From assembly GCA_027015275.1 (NCBI GenBank), contig JALWCU010000135.1, positions 1 to 42,302 of the forward strand: DNA of 42,302 nucleotides, written 5' to 3'. The translations under genes and the position numbers were made by a program. Positions 10,069-18,929 of this stretch are shown here, piece by piece (position 1 is the stretch's first letter; each line of letters begins with the position of its first letter). The notes beneath the pieces are model-generated. The model was given only the letters and a program-made list of their open reading frames with translations. It was not told where the DNA came from and ran no database searches. This stretch comes from Bacteroidales bacterium (GTDB taxonomy: Bacteria; Bacteroidota; Bacteroidia; Bacteroidales; S143-33).

Positions 10069-11439
10069 TTAGCGCCTTTTTTTCTTCTTTTTCTTTTTTT
10101 TGTGGATAGCTGGCATTGTAGCAGTAGCCTTTGTGGGTCGAGCGCCTGGTTGGTTAGCTGTAACGGTGCGCATCATTTTGCGCATTTCCAGAAATTGTTT
10201 TAGCAGGTTGTTAACTTCCTGGACCGATGTTCCGCTACCCGAGGCTATTCTTTTTTTGCGGCTGCCGTTGAGCAAAGTAGGGTTGTTTCGCTCTTCGGGT
10301 GTCATTGATAAGATTATTGCTTCGATGTGCTTGAGCGAGTCGTCGTCAATATCCAGGTCTTTGACTTGCTTACCCAGACCTGGTATCATGCTTATCAGGT
10401 CTTTGAGATTTCCCATTTTTTTGATTTGGTGAATCTGCTTGAGGAAATCTTCAAAGTCAAATTTGTTTTGTAATATTTTTTTCTGAAGGCGGCGAGCTTC
10501 TTCTTCTGTTATTTGTTCCTGTGCTTTCTCTACCAGTGTTTTGATATCGCCCATGCCCAGGATACGCTCAGCCATTCGGTCTGGGTAGAAGTAGTCGATT
10601 GCATCGACTTTTTCGCCTGTACCGACGAATTTAATAGGTTTTTTGACAACGTATTTAATAGTCAGGGCTGCACCGCCACGTGTATCGCCGTCAAGTTTTG
10701 TCAGCACAACGCCGTCGAAATCGAGTACATCGTTAAATTCTTTAGCGGTGTTAACCGCATCCTGACCAGTCATTGCATCGACAACAAACAGTGTTTCCGA
10801 TGGATTGATGGCTTTTTTAATTCTTGAAATTTCATCCATCATTTCCTGGTCAATTGCCAGACGGCCAGCTGTGTCTATGATAACAGTGTCCAGACCGTTT
10901 TGTTTGGCGAATTTTATGGCGTTTTGTGCTATTTTGACAGGATCTTTGTTATCCTCTTCGCTATAGACAGGTACTTGGATTTGCTCGCCCAGGACTTTTA
11001 TCTGTTCGATAGCAGCGGGTCGGTATATGTCGCATGCCACGAGTAGAGGCTTGCGGTTATGTTTTTTTCTGAGAAAATTGGCAAGCTTAGCTGCCAAAGT
11101 TGTTTTACCAGAGCCCTGAAGACCAGAGAGAAGTATAACAGCTGGGTCGCCCTTGAGATTAATGTCTATTTTTTCCTTGCCCATCAGGTCAATCAATTCG
11201 TCATAGACGATTTTGACCATCATCTGGCGAGGGTTTACAGCTTTGATAACTTCCTGTCCAAGAGCTTTTTCCTTTACTTTATTGGTAAATTCCTTGGCTA
11301 TTTTGTAATGAACGTCTGCATCGACAAGGGCACGGCGTATTTCTTTTATTGCTTCTGCAACATTGATTTCCGAAATTTTGTGTTGCCCTGTAAAGATTTT
11401 AAACGCCTGATCAAGTCTATCCTGTAAGTTTTCGAACAT
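10069..11439 (-). CDS. ffh: Signal recognition particle protein Ffh
   Basis: 456 aa. GTPase motifs GLQGSGKTT (G1), DTAGR (G3), TKLDGD (G4). Met-rich M domain (KKMGNLKDLISMIPG, LEMRKMMR). Ends in HKKKKKKKKRR. Confidence 0.95.
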   Translation of the reverse strand: MFENLQDRLDQAFKIFTGQHKISEINVAEAIKEIRRALVDADVHYKIAKEFTNKVKEKALGQEVIKAVNPRQMMVKIVYDELIDLMGKEKIDINLKGDPAVILLSGLQGSGKTTLAAKLANFLRKKHNRKPLLVACDIYRPAAIEQIKVLGEQIQVPVYSEEDNKDPVKIAQNAIKFAKQNGLDTVIIDTAGRLAIDQEMMDEISRIKKAINPSETLFVVDAMTGQDAVNTAKEFNDVLDFDGVVLTKLDGDTRGGAALTIKYVVKKPIKFVGTGEKVDAIDYFYPDRMAERILGMGDIKTLVEKAQEQITEEEARRLQKKILQNKFDFEDFLKQIHQIKKMGNLKDLISMIPGLGKQVKDLDIDDDSLKHIEAIILSMTPEERNNPTLLNGSRKKRIASGSGTSVQEVNNLLKQFLEMRKMMRTVTANQPGARPTKATATMPAIHKKKKKKKKRR

Positions 11440-11467
11440 AGCGAAGTCGTTTTGTTATTGAGCTTTG

Positions 11468-11475
11468 CAAAGGTA
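11468..11475 (-). promoter_or_regulatory. Candidate -7 promoter box (TACCTTTG, followed by CA) for ffh
   Basis: Minus strand reads TACCTTTGCA, 29 nt upstream of the ffh ATG at 11439. Confidence 0.45.
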
Positions 11476-11489
11476 AAAAAATTATTTGA

Positions 11490-12296
11490 TTAGATTTTAC
11501 GTTTACCTACCGATGTGTTGCCAAATTTCATTGAAAGTCTGATTGCCTCGAATACCTTTTTTGTATAAAGAGGAAATTCGCTGCGCATTATCCAGTCAAA
11601 GTATCCTGGCTGTTGCTGGAATACATCTACGACTCTCTGTCCCTTGAATTTGCCAAAGTTTATTACTGGTTCGCCTTGATCATCGTAGACAATGTAGCCA
11701 GCCAGGTCTGCCTTATGTCCAATGTTATCGTAGGTGGAGAATTTGGCTAATTTTTCTACGTCATTTTCGAGTTGGTCAGAGTATTTTTCCAGTTGTTTTT
11801 TTAGCACTTCATAAGTGGCGCGTGTATCTGCTTCTGCGCTGTGTGCGTCTTTGAGCTCGCTGCCCACGTAAAATTTATATGCTGCAGACAGATCGCGTTT
11901 TTCCATTTTGTGAAAAATGACTTGTACGTCTATCATATTGCGGTTTGTGGGGTCAAAGTTTATGCCTGCCCGCAAGAACTCCTCGGTCAGTAGAGGTATA
12001 TCAAAGCGGTTTGAGTTGAAGCCCGCAAGGTCGCAGTCCTTTATGAAATCAAAGATTTCCTGTGCTACTTGTGCAAAGGTTGGGGCATCCTTTACATCTT
12101 CGTTACTAATGCCTGTCAGTTGTGTTATTTCTTTGCTAATATGTTGCTCAGGGTTAATAAGATAGCCAAGGCCTTGTTCTTTGCCGTCTGGATAGATTTT
12201 GAGAATGTATATCTGAATAATACGGTCTTTGGTAACATTAACGCCAGTGGTCTCGAGGTCGAAAAATGCAATAGGTCGTTTGAGATTAAGTTTCAT
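11490..12296 (-). CDS. DEDDh-family 3'-5' exonuclease (DnaQ/epsilon-like) with an extra C-terminal domain
   Basis: 268 aa. ExoI FFDLETTG, ExoII GFNSNRFDIPLL, ExoIII HSAEADT. Additional ~80-aa C-terminal region (FGKFKGQRVVDV...GYFDWIMRSEFPLY). Confidence 0.8.
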   Translation of the reverse strand: MKLNLKRPIAFFDLETTGVNVTKDRIIQIYILKIYPDGKEQGLGYLINPEQHISKEITQLTGISNEDVKDAPTFAQVAQEIFDFIKDCDLAGFNSNRFDIPLLTEEFLRAGINFDPTNRNMIDVQVIFHKMEKRDLSAAYKFYVGSELKDAHSAEADTRATYEVLKKQLEKYSDQLENDVEKLAKFSTYDNIGHKADLAGYIVYDDQGEPVINFGKFKGQRVVDVFQQQPGYFDWIMRSEFPLYTKKVFEAIRLSMKFGNTSVGKRKI

Positions 12297-12324
12297 TAAA
12301 TTGTGTAAATTTTTCTGGTTTGTG

Positions 12325-12332
12325 CAAAGATA
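12325..12332 (-). promoter_or_regulatory. Candidate -7 promoter box (TATCTTTG, followed by CA) for the exonuclease gene
   Basis: Minus strand reads TATCTTTGCA, 29 nt upstream of the ATG at 12296. Confidence 0.45.
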
Positions 12333-12369
12333 AAAAAATTATGCTGGATTCCTTAGACTATATAACAAT

Positions 12370-12429
12370 AATAAAAATAGGCTCAGTGTCGGTATAAAGG
12401 CATTTTGATTAAGCATGGACACTGAGCCT
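12370..12429 (-). terminator. Intrinsic terminator of the 12469-13032 lipoprotein gene
   Basis: Perfect 12-bp stem aggctcagtgtc (12379-12390) / gacactgagcct (12418-12429) with a 27-nt loop. On the minus strand it is followed by AUUUUUAUUAUU. It lies 40 nt after the stop codon. Confidence 0.7.
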
Positions 12430-12468
12430 GACAACGATTTTAGAAATTTGCGTCAGACCTGGTTTAGA

Positions 12469-13032
12469 TTATTGGTTTTGCTGTTCGAGCAGTCGGAAGC
12501 TTTTGATAAAATCTTGTCCTTTGGTATCTATTATCTGGTCTCCGTTCTCTCCCTGTGCCATTGCTGCAATGACATAGACGTGTGTCCCAGAGGCTACACC
12601 TTGGATAACAGCGTGAAGATTGCTGCTCAGATCCTGCCCTACAACGTAATAACTTGGTTTGTTGTCAAAGTTGTTTTCTTTTTCTTCGACTATTGTAAGC
12701 TTTAGATTTTGCGCGGTTTGCATTACTTGCTTTTTAATGGCTTCTGAAGCATTTACCTGGTCTTTGTACTTATCAGGATAGATATTTACGTAAACTAGGT
12801 AAGCTTCTGTTCCTTGATCGTCACCAATGGCAACAGCAGTAACGTCTCCAATATTAGTTGGCACTACAGATTCTTGCTTTTTGGGTGGGTTGTCGAATTT
12901 TATTGCAAATCCATAGTCTTTGTAAACATATTCCTGTGGACCGGTTTGTTTTGTCTTTGTGGCTTTGTCTTTTTTACAGCCATAGCCCATTATCAACACG
13001 AGACTTATCAGCAAAAGACTTATTCTTTTCAT
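12469..13032 (-). CDS. Hypothetical lipoprotein
   Basis: 187-aa ORF. Signal peptide MKRISLLLISLVLIMGYG followed by Cys (lipobox-like). No family recognised. Confidence 0.7.
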   Translation of the reverse strand: MKRISLLLISLVLIMGYGCKKDKATKTKQTGPQEYVYKDYGFAIKFDNPPKKQESVVPTNIGDVTAVAIGDDQGTEAYLVYVNIYPDKYKDQVNASEAIKKQVMQTAQNLKLTIVEEKENNFDNKPSYYVVGQDLSSNLHAVIQGVASGTHVYVIAAMAQGENGDQIIDTKGQDFIKSFRLLEQQNQ

Positions 13033-13058
13033 AGCTTTCAGAATTTTAAATTTTATAA

Positions 13059-13066
13059 CAAATTTA
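13059..13066 (-). promoter_or_regulatory. Candidate -7 promoter box (TAAATTTG) for the 12469-13032 lipoprotein gene
   Basis: Minus strand reads TAAATTTG, 27 nt upstream of the ATG at 13032. Confidence 0.4.
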
Positions 13067-13089
13067 ATGTTTCCTTTACAAAAAAGAAT

Positions 13090-13097
13090 TAATTTTG
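13090..13097 (+). promoter_or_regulatory. Candidate -7 promoter box (TAATTTTG) for the 13139-14392 gene
   Basis: TAATTTTG lies 42 nt upstream of the ATG at 13139. It sits inside the longer ORF-track version starting at 13067, which argues for the shorter start. Confidence 0.4.
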
Positions 13098-13138
13098 ATT
13101 TGCGAACTAATAATTTTTATATTAGAAACAAAAAAAGT

Positions 13139-14392
13139 ATGCTTATGAGAAAGGTAATGTTAATCTTAAGCTTTCTGGCTGGTGTCTTATCATTGAAGGC
13201 TCAGGATACGGCGTCTATTCGCCAAAAGGCAGTCAAGGTTTTTATTGACTGTCAGGGGTTCTGTGATTTGCAGTATATCAAGGATCATATCAGACTTGTC
13301 AATTATGTTCGTGATGCTTATGAATCAGATGTTTATGTGCTGATAGTCAGCGAGGAAGCTGGTAATAATGGAGAGCGTTACACATTGATTTTCGAAGGTC
13401 AAAATCGTTTCAAGGGGCGGAATGACACACTCAAGTTTTATACAAAGTCTGATGAAACGGACGATGAGATACGCTCAGATATGGTCAAGTACCTTAAGAT
13501 CGGTTTGACATGGTATGTTGCCCACAGCCCTTTGGTTGATTATTTGTCAGTAGGCGAAAATTTACCGAAAAAAACTGAGAAAAAGGTTGTTTCGACCAAA
13601 TGGAATAACTGGATATTCAAGCTCAGTGCAAATGGCTGGGGTTCGGGGGAGAGCTCTGTGAAAAATTCACATTTTGGTACAAGTTTTTCAGCCTCACGCA
13701 TTACCAATGAATGGATAATGGATTTTAGCATACGGGGAAGCTGGGATTTTTCTTCTTACAAAATAACAGATAATTACACTTATCACGGTAAAACAGTTAG
13801 TAACTCATTTAATTCATTGATAGTCAAGAGTATATCTGATCACTGGTCTGTTGGTGCCCAGACAAATGTTGATCATTCCACATACAGAAATATAAATTTC
13901 GGTATTGACTTTAAGCCAGCTGTGGAATATAATATTTTCCCATATAGCGAGTCAACGGTTCATCAGATGAGAATTCTCTATGCCATTGGTCCTGAATATT
14001 ACAGTTATATTGATACCACAATTTTTGACAAAACAAAGGAATTGCTTTTCCGTCAGAAGTTGTCAATCGCTTATGAAGTGGTTAAAAAGTGGGGTAATAT
14101 AGATCTTTCGCTTAATGGCAAGACTTATTTACATGATTTTTCGAAGAACAGTTTATCATTTTCAACAAGTGTGAATGTACGTGTTTTCAAGGGTTTTTCT
14201 GTATATACCTCTGGGAGCATTGGACTTGTTCATGATCAATTATTTTTACCAAAGCAGGGAGCATCTATTGAAGAGATTCTCACACGCCAGCAAGCCCTTG
14301 CCACCCAATACAGTTATTTCTTCTCTGCAGGAATCAGTTACACATTTGGTGATATCTTCAATAATGTGGTTAATCCACGTTTTGGTAACTGA
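13139..14392 (+). CDS. Hypothetical secreted protein, probable outer-membrane beta-barrel with an N-terminal soluble domain
   Basis: Starts at the internal ATG at 13139, giving signal peptide MLMRKVMLILSFLAGVLSLKAQ. The ~130-aa N-terminal domain (KVFIDCQGFCDLQYIKDHIRLVNYVRD...) is followed by alternating-hydrophobicity strands rich in S/Y/G/N. The last strand is FFSAGISYTF. No family recognised. Confidence 0.7.
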   Translation: MLMRKVMLILSFLAGVLSLKAQDTASIRQKAVKVFIDCQGFCDLQYIKDHIRLVNYVRDAYESDVYVLIVSEEAGNNGERYTLIFEGQNRFKGRNDTLKFYTKSDETDDEIRSDMVKYLKIGLTWYVAHSPLVDYLSVGENLPKKTEKKVVSTKWNNWIFKLSANGWGSGESSVKNSHFGTSFSASRITNEWIMDFSIRGSWDFSSYKITDNYTYHGKTVSNSFNSLIVKSISDHWSVGAQTNVDHSTYRNINFGIDFKPAVEYNIFPYSESTVHQMRILYAIGPEYYSYIDTTIFDKTKELLFRQKLSIAYEVVKKWGNIDLSLNGKTYLHDFSKNSLSFSTSVNVRVFKGFSVYTSGSIGLVHDQLFLPKQGASIEEILTRQQALATQYSYFFSAGISYTFGDIFNNVVNPRFGN

Positions 14393-14437
14393 GGTTATTT
14401 GATGATAAGCTATTAATGTATGCGTCTGAATAACAAC

Positions 14438-14472
14438 AAAAAAACCGCTGGAACTAAGCCAGCGGTTTTTTT
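14438..14472. terminator. Bidirectional intrinsic terminator between convergent genes
   Basis: GC-rich 7-bp stem ccgctgg (14445-14451) / ccagcgg (14459-14465) with a 7-nt loop. It is flanked by A7 upstream and T7 downstream, so it can act on both strands. Confidence 0.8.
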
Positions 14473-14499
14473 GTTAGATATGTATGATTGTATGCTTTC

Positions 14500-15840
14500 T
14501 TAGACAAGACCCTGTGCGAGCATAGCATCTGCGACCTTGACAAAGCCACCGATATTTGCGCCTTTGACATAGTTGATATAGCCATCAGGCTCAGTACCGT
14601 AAGTAACACAAGTATTGTGAATGCGGTTCATAATCTGATGAAGCATTTTATCGACTTCTTCTGGTGTCCATTGCAGGCGCATGGAGTTTTGGGTCATTTC
14701 GAGTCCAGAGACAGCAACACCGCCAGCATTTGCAGCCTTGCCAGGAGCAAATGGTATCTTGGCATCCTGGAAAGCATTAATTGCATCAATAGTACAAGGC
14801 ATGTTAGCACCTTCGATAACAGCCATAACTCCATTGTTAATAAGCTGGTGAGCATCATCAACATTTAGTTCGTTCTGGATAGCGCAAGGGAAAGCAATGT
14901 CAACTTTCTGTTCCCATGGTTTGCGGCCGGGGAAGAACTCTACGTCAAATTCCTCTGCATAAGGTTGTACGACATCTTGGTTAGAAGCGCGAAGCTCGAG
15001 CATGTACTCTATTTTTTCACCGCTAATGCCATCTGGATCGTAAACATAACCGTCAGGTCCTGAGATAGTAACGACTTTTCCACCCAGCTGGTTGACTTTC
15101 TTTACTACGCCCCATGCTACATTGCCGAATCCGCTGACAGCCACTGTTTTGCCTTTGATGCTTTCGCCAAGACGGTTTAGCAAAGCTTCAGCAAAGTAAA
15201 CAATGCCATAACCAGTAGCTTCTGGACGCAGATAACTTCCGCCCCATTCAATTCCTTTACCTGTCAGTACGCCGGTAAATTCATTTTTCAGTTTTTTGTA
15301 CATACCGAAAAGGTATCCAATTTCACGGCCGCCAACGCCGATGTCCCCTGCAGGTACATCTGTATTCGGTCCTATGTGGCGGTACAGTTCGGTCATGAAT
15401 GCCTGGCAGAAGCGCATAATCTCTGCGTCTGATTTGCCTTTGGGGTTGAAATCAGAGCCACCTTTACCGCCGCCCATAGGCAAGGTAGTCAGACTATTCT
15501 TGAAGATTTGTTCGAATCCCAAGAATTTAAGAGTGCTGAGGTTAACACTTGGGTGAAAGCGCAATCCGCCTTTATATGGACCCAGTGCGCTATTAAATTC
15601 TACACGGTATCCACGATTGATTTGAGTTTCGCCATTGTCATCAACCCAGGTAACTCGGAATTCGATAGCACGTTCTGGCTCTACCAGACGTTCTAAAATT
15701 TTAGCTTCCTTGTACTTAGGGTTCTCTTCGATAAAGGGAATGAGTGTCGAAGCTACTTCTTGTACTGCCTGGAGAAATTCCTTTTCGCCAGCATTACGGG
15801 ATGATACCCAGTTCATGAATTGTTCAAGTTGTGAATTCAT
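14500..15840 (-). CDS. gdhA: NADP-specific glutamate dehydrogenase
   Basis: 446 aa. Active-site block LPMGGGKGGSDFNPKGKSDAEIMRFCQAFMTELYRH. Dinucleotide-binding GFGNVAWG. Colinear with the E. coli-type hexameric GDH as I remember it. Confidence 0.95.
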   Translation of the reverse strand: MNSQLEQFMNWVSSRNAGEKEFLQAVQEVASTLIPFIEENPKYKEAKILERLVEPERAIEFRVTWVDDNGETQINRGYRVEFNSALGPYKGGLRFHPSVNLSTLKFLGFEQIFKNSLTTLPMGGGKGGSDFNPKGKSDAEIMRFCQAFMTELYRHIGPNTDVPAGDIGVGGREIGYLFGMYKKLKNEFTGVLTGKGIEWGGSYLRPEATGYGIVYFAEALLNRLGESIKGKTVAVSGFGNVAWGVVKKVNQLGGKVVTISGPDGYVYDPDGISGEKIEYMLELRASNQDVVQPYAEEFDVEFFPGRKPWEQKVDIAFPCAIQNELNVDDAHQLINNGVMAVIEGANMPCTIDAINAFQDAKIPFAPGKAANAGGVAVSGLEMTQNSMRLQWTPEEVDKMLHQIMNRIHNTCVTYGTEPDGYINYVKGANIGGFVKVADAMLAQGLV

Positions 15841-15908
15841 TGTTTTGGAGTTTGTATTTAAGTTTGTTGTGCAAAGAAAAAACGTTTTTTTTGAAAAAAA
15901 ACATGATG

Positions 15909-17696
15909 TTAGTCAGCTGAGAATCTGCTTAACAGCGACCTATATTTACTAAATAGGTTTGCTTTAGAAATAAATCCTACGTATCTATTTCCCTCATCGA
16001 CTACTACTATGTTGAATATCGCATGTTTTTGTAATTTTTCTGCAATGATGGCAGCGTTCTCGCCCATTTTGGCCACTACTGGCGGAATGAACATTATATC
16101 TTTGACTTTGATCCTGTCATAAAGTTCTGGCTTAAACATTATTTTTCGAATACGGTCTAAACTGACAATACCCAGAAAATGTCCGTCATAATCTACCACA
16201 GGGAACAGATTACGATGTGATACTGTAACTGCCTTGACCAGGTCGCCCAGAGACTGATCTGGGAAGACCATAACAAAGTCTTTTTCGAGCAAGTCTTCGA
16301 TATTCAAGATTCTTAGGATATTTTTGTCTGCATTATGAGTCAGCAGCTCACCACGTTGAGCTAATTGGTGGCTATAAACGTTATTTTGTATAAATAGTCT
16401 GGTTGTGATATAAGAGATTGTAGAAGTAACGAGCAGAGGGAAAAGTAGTTCATATCCATGTGTTATCTCGCTAATTAGGATAATTCCGGTCAAAGGCGCC
16501 AGCAAAACGCCTGAAATAGCTCCAGACATTGCTACAAGAGCAGAATTACTTGGCGAGATTTCATAGCCTAAAAAGTTGAATATTAATGCAGTAGCTAGGC
16601 CGATGTTGGCGCCTGTGAAAAGTGTAGGAGCAAATATACCGCCAATACCACCTGCGCCGAAGGTTGTTGATGTGGCCACGACTTTCAGCATTGCCAGTAG
16701 CAAAAGTAGGAAAATGATCATTCCGAAATGCCCCTGGAGGTGATAGAAAATACTATTGTTAAATAGGTAGCTATAATCACCATGCAGAGCTGAGTTTATA
16801 GTATAATAGCCTTCGCCGTATAGTGCTGGCAATAAGAAGATTAATACACCCAGTACCAGACCGCCAATAAGGAGACGCAGAGCTGGTGTCTTGAGATTAT
16901 GGAAGAATTTTTCGACAATAATATATACTTTGGTAAAATATACAGCCATAAAACCGGTTATTATGCCCAGAAGGATGAAGTACCATGTCTGACTCAGCTG
17001 AAAGGAGTCTTTTAGTTCAAAGGGATAAAGCACATTTGTACCCAGCAGAAGAAATGAAGTTAATGAGCCGGTTACAGATGCTAATAAAATAGGTATTATT
17101 GAATATGTGGTAAGGTCAATCATAATAACCTCGAGAGCAAAGACCACGCCTGCCATTGGGGCTTTGAAAATTGCGGACATTGCACCGGCCGAAGCTGCGC
17201 CCAGAAGTATGATTTTCTCGCGATAATTTATTTTGAAAATAGTCCCAAAAGTGGAGCCAATGCCCCCGCCTGTTGCAACAGTAGGACCCTCCAGACCTAC
17301 AGACCCACCAAATCCGACTGTCAGGGCACTGGTAATGATTGATGAGTATAGGTTATGTGGTTTCATGTATGCATGGTTCTTGGAAATAGCATACAAGATG
17401 GAAGGAATACCGTGGTCAACCTGCTGGCGAAGTATAAAAGCCATAAAGAAAACAGCCAGACCAATGCCAATCAAAGGATAAATTAAATGCAAATAATTTG
17501 TTAGATGTTCAGGTGCTCCCCTATCCAGATAATTTTCTATTAATCGTACTGCATGCTTTATTACCGCAGCTCCCAGGCCACTTAAAAAGCCTACCACTGT
17601 GCTCAAGATAACGAGTAAGTAATAATCGCTCTGTGTCCTAATACGCCATCGAACAAGGAATCTAAGCCATTTATTTGTCTCTTTCATTCTTTCCAA
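15909..17696 (-). CDS. ClC-family chloride channel / H+:Cl- antiporter with C-terminal CBS pair
   Basis: 595 aa. Selectivity-filter motifs GSVGLEGP and GGIFAP, multiple TM helices, ~130-aa C-terminal CBS-like region. Confidence 0.9.
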   Translation of the reverse strand: MERMKETNKWLRFLVRWRIRTQSDYYLLVILSTVVGFLSGLGAAVIKHAVRLIENYLDRGAPEHLTNYLHLIYPLIGIGLAVFFMAFILRQQVDHGIPSILYAISKNHAYMKPHNLYSSIITSALTVGFGGSVGLEGPTVATGGGIGSTFGTIFKINYREKIILLGAASAGAMSAIFKAPMAGVVFALEVIMIDLTTYSIIPILLASVTGSLTSFLLLGTNVLYPFELKDSFQLSQTWYFILLGIITGFMAVYFTKVYIIVEKFFHNLKTPALRLLIGGLVLGVLIFLLPALYGEGYYTINSALHGDYSYLFNNSIFYHLQGHFGMIIFLLLLLAMLKVVATSTTFGAGGIGGIFAPTLFTGANIGLATALIFNFLGYEISPSNSALVAMSGAISGVLLAPLTGIILISEITHGYELLFPLLVTSTISYITTRLFIQNNVYSHQLAQRGELLTHNADKNILRILNIEDLLEKDFVMVFPDQSLGDLVKAVTVSHRNLFPVVDYDGHFLGIVSLDRIRKIMFKPELYDRIKVKDIMFIPPVVAKMGENAAIIAEKLQKHAIFNIVVVDEGNRYVGFISKANLFSKYRSLLSRFSAD

Positions 17697-17906
17697 GCTT
17701 TTCTGAAATGGACTTGCAAATTTTGTAAAGCCTTTTTAAAAATCAAAGTTATTTTTTGTAAATGCTAAGGTTTTTTGCTAAAAATTTATTGATTTTTGGT
17801 TTAAGTCAAACTATTATAATATGTAACTATCTTAATATTGTAGGGTTATATATTACTTTATTGCAGGTCATTCATAAATCGAGTAGTTGTAAAACATTAC
17901 TATAAT

Positions 17907-18021
17907 TACTGGGCTGTCGGTCTGAGGTAGAGTTGCCATGCTGTAGTTCTTGGAAGTTTTGTATTTCAAATTCAATTTGTCTTTAAAATCTGGGAGACTA
18001 AACCTCGCCGGCAGCCCAGTA
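17907..18021 (+). ncRNA. Unclassified structured element: candidate small RNA, or alternatively a TA-flanked MITE
   Basis: 13-bp GC-rich helix 17908-17920 (actgggctgtcgg) / 18008-18020 (ccggcagcccagt) with one G-U. A second 5-bp helix is gaggt 17924-17928 / acctc 18002-18006. A third is agtt 17931-17934 / gact 17996-17999, also with a G-U. Both wobbles are G-U only on the plus strand and become A-C on the minus strand, hence the tentative strand call. No known family motif recognised. Confidence 0.3.
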
Positions 18022-18042
18022 GATATGCTTTTGTTGTGCTGT

Positions 18043-18864
18043 TTATTGGAGAATCACAGGCAGTCCATTCTTGGGATTTCCTATGATAACAATTTTGGCG
18101 TTTTGTGATTTTGCCAGTTCTAATGTAGCTTGTATGCTCTCATAAGTTAGCACTTTGTCTGTCATCGAGGAATTGATTATTTTATTGTATTCTGAGATAC
18201 CTTGAGCCTGGATGATTTTACGTTGTTTTTCTTTTGTCTCTTTTTCTACGATATAATCGTAAGCAAGGGCTTCTTGCTGTTTTGTGAGTTTAAGTTCAAT
18301 GGCTTTTTTGAGCTGATCTGGGATTTTTATAGAACGAATGAGCAGTGCTGTCATGCGGATGTAATTTTTCCTGAGTACACTGTCGGTCTGCTTAATTATT
18401 TGTTGCTCAACTTTCTGTCTTTCTGTGGAATATATCTCTTCGGCGCTATACATGCCCATGACTTGACGTACAGCGGCGCGCACTTCTGGGACAACGAGTT
18501 TATTAACATAGTTTTTGCCAAATTGCTCATGGATGTAACCTATTTTGTCATACATAGGATAGAATCGCACAGTTACGTCAACATGAATGGTAAGACCGTT
18601 TTTGTCCAATACGTCCAGTGTGTTATTATCTGTAAAATCAATGGTTTGTTCGCGCACATCATAAATGTACATTTGATTCCATGGTGCTATGATATGTACA
18701 CCTTCTGAATAAATATGTTTTTTGTCCAGACCTGTAGTCCAAGGACGGAACATGACGCCGCGCTCACCAGGCTGGATTGTTATGATACTCGAGAAAAGTA
18801 CAATAAGTACAATAATGCCGACTATACCAATAAGAATTAAGATTGTTGTAAGTTTTTTCTTCAT
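18043..18864 (-). CDS. SPFH/band-7 (prohibitin/HflC-like) membrane protein
   Basis: 273 aa. N-terminal TM anchor LTTILILIGIVGIIVLIVLF, an SPFH core (IQPGERGVMFRPW...GLTIHVDVTVRF...), then a coiled-coil tail. Confidence 0.85.
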   Translation of the reverse strand: MKKKLTTILILIGIVGIIVLIVLFSSIITIQPGERGVMFRPWTTGLDKKHIYSEGVHIIAPWNQMYIYDVREQTIDFTDNNTLDVLDKNGLTIHVDVTVRFYPMYDKIGYIHEQFGKNYVNKLVVPEVRAAVRQVMGMYSAEEIYSTERQKVEQQIIKQTDSVLRKNYIRMTALLIRSIKIPDQLKKAIELKLTKQQEALAYDYIVEKETKEKQRKIIQAQGISEYNKIINSSMTDKVLTYESIQATLELAKSQNAKIVIIGNPKNGLPVILQ

Positions 18865-18915
18865 AGTTCTGTGATTTTTTTAATTTTAGTGTGATTTAAG
18901 ATAAGAAAATTATTC

Positions 18916-18923
18916 CAAATATA
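18916..18923 (-). promoter_or_regulatory. Candidate -7 promoter box (TATATTTG) for the SPFH gene
   Basis: Minus strand reads TATATTTG, 52 nt upstream of the ATG at 18864. This is farther than the other boxes, so it is weaker. Confidence 0.3.
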
Positions 18924-18929
18924 CTATAA

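Noticed and set aside
15510-15520. gttcgaatccc, a tRNA T-arm-like string.
   Set aside because: It lies inside gdhA, with no acceptor or anticodon stems around it, so it is a coincidental match.
17908-18020. Whether the structured element is SRP (4.5S) RNA, given that ffh is in the window, or a fluoride riboswitch upstream of the ClC gene.
   Set aside because: Neither strand shows the SRP domain IV consensus (GGAA tetraloop with flanking AGCA-type loop). I also could not find the crcB-motif consensus. The ClC gene encodes the long CBS-containing type, not the short fluoride-specific type. The element is kept only as unclassified.
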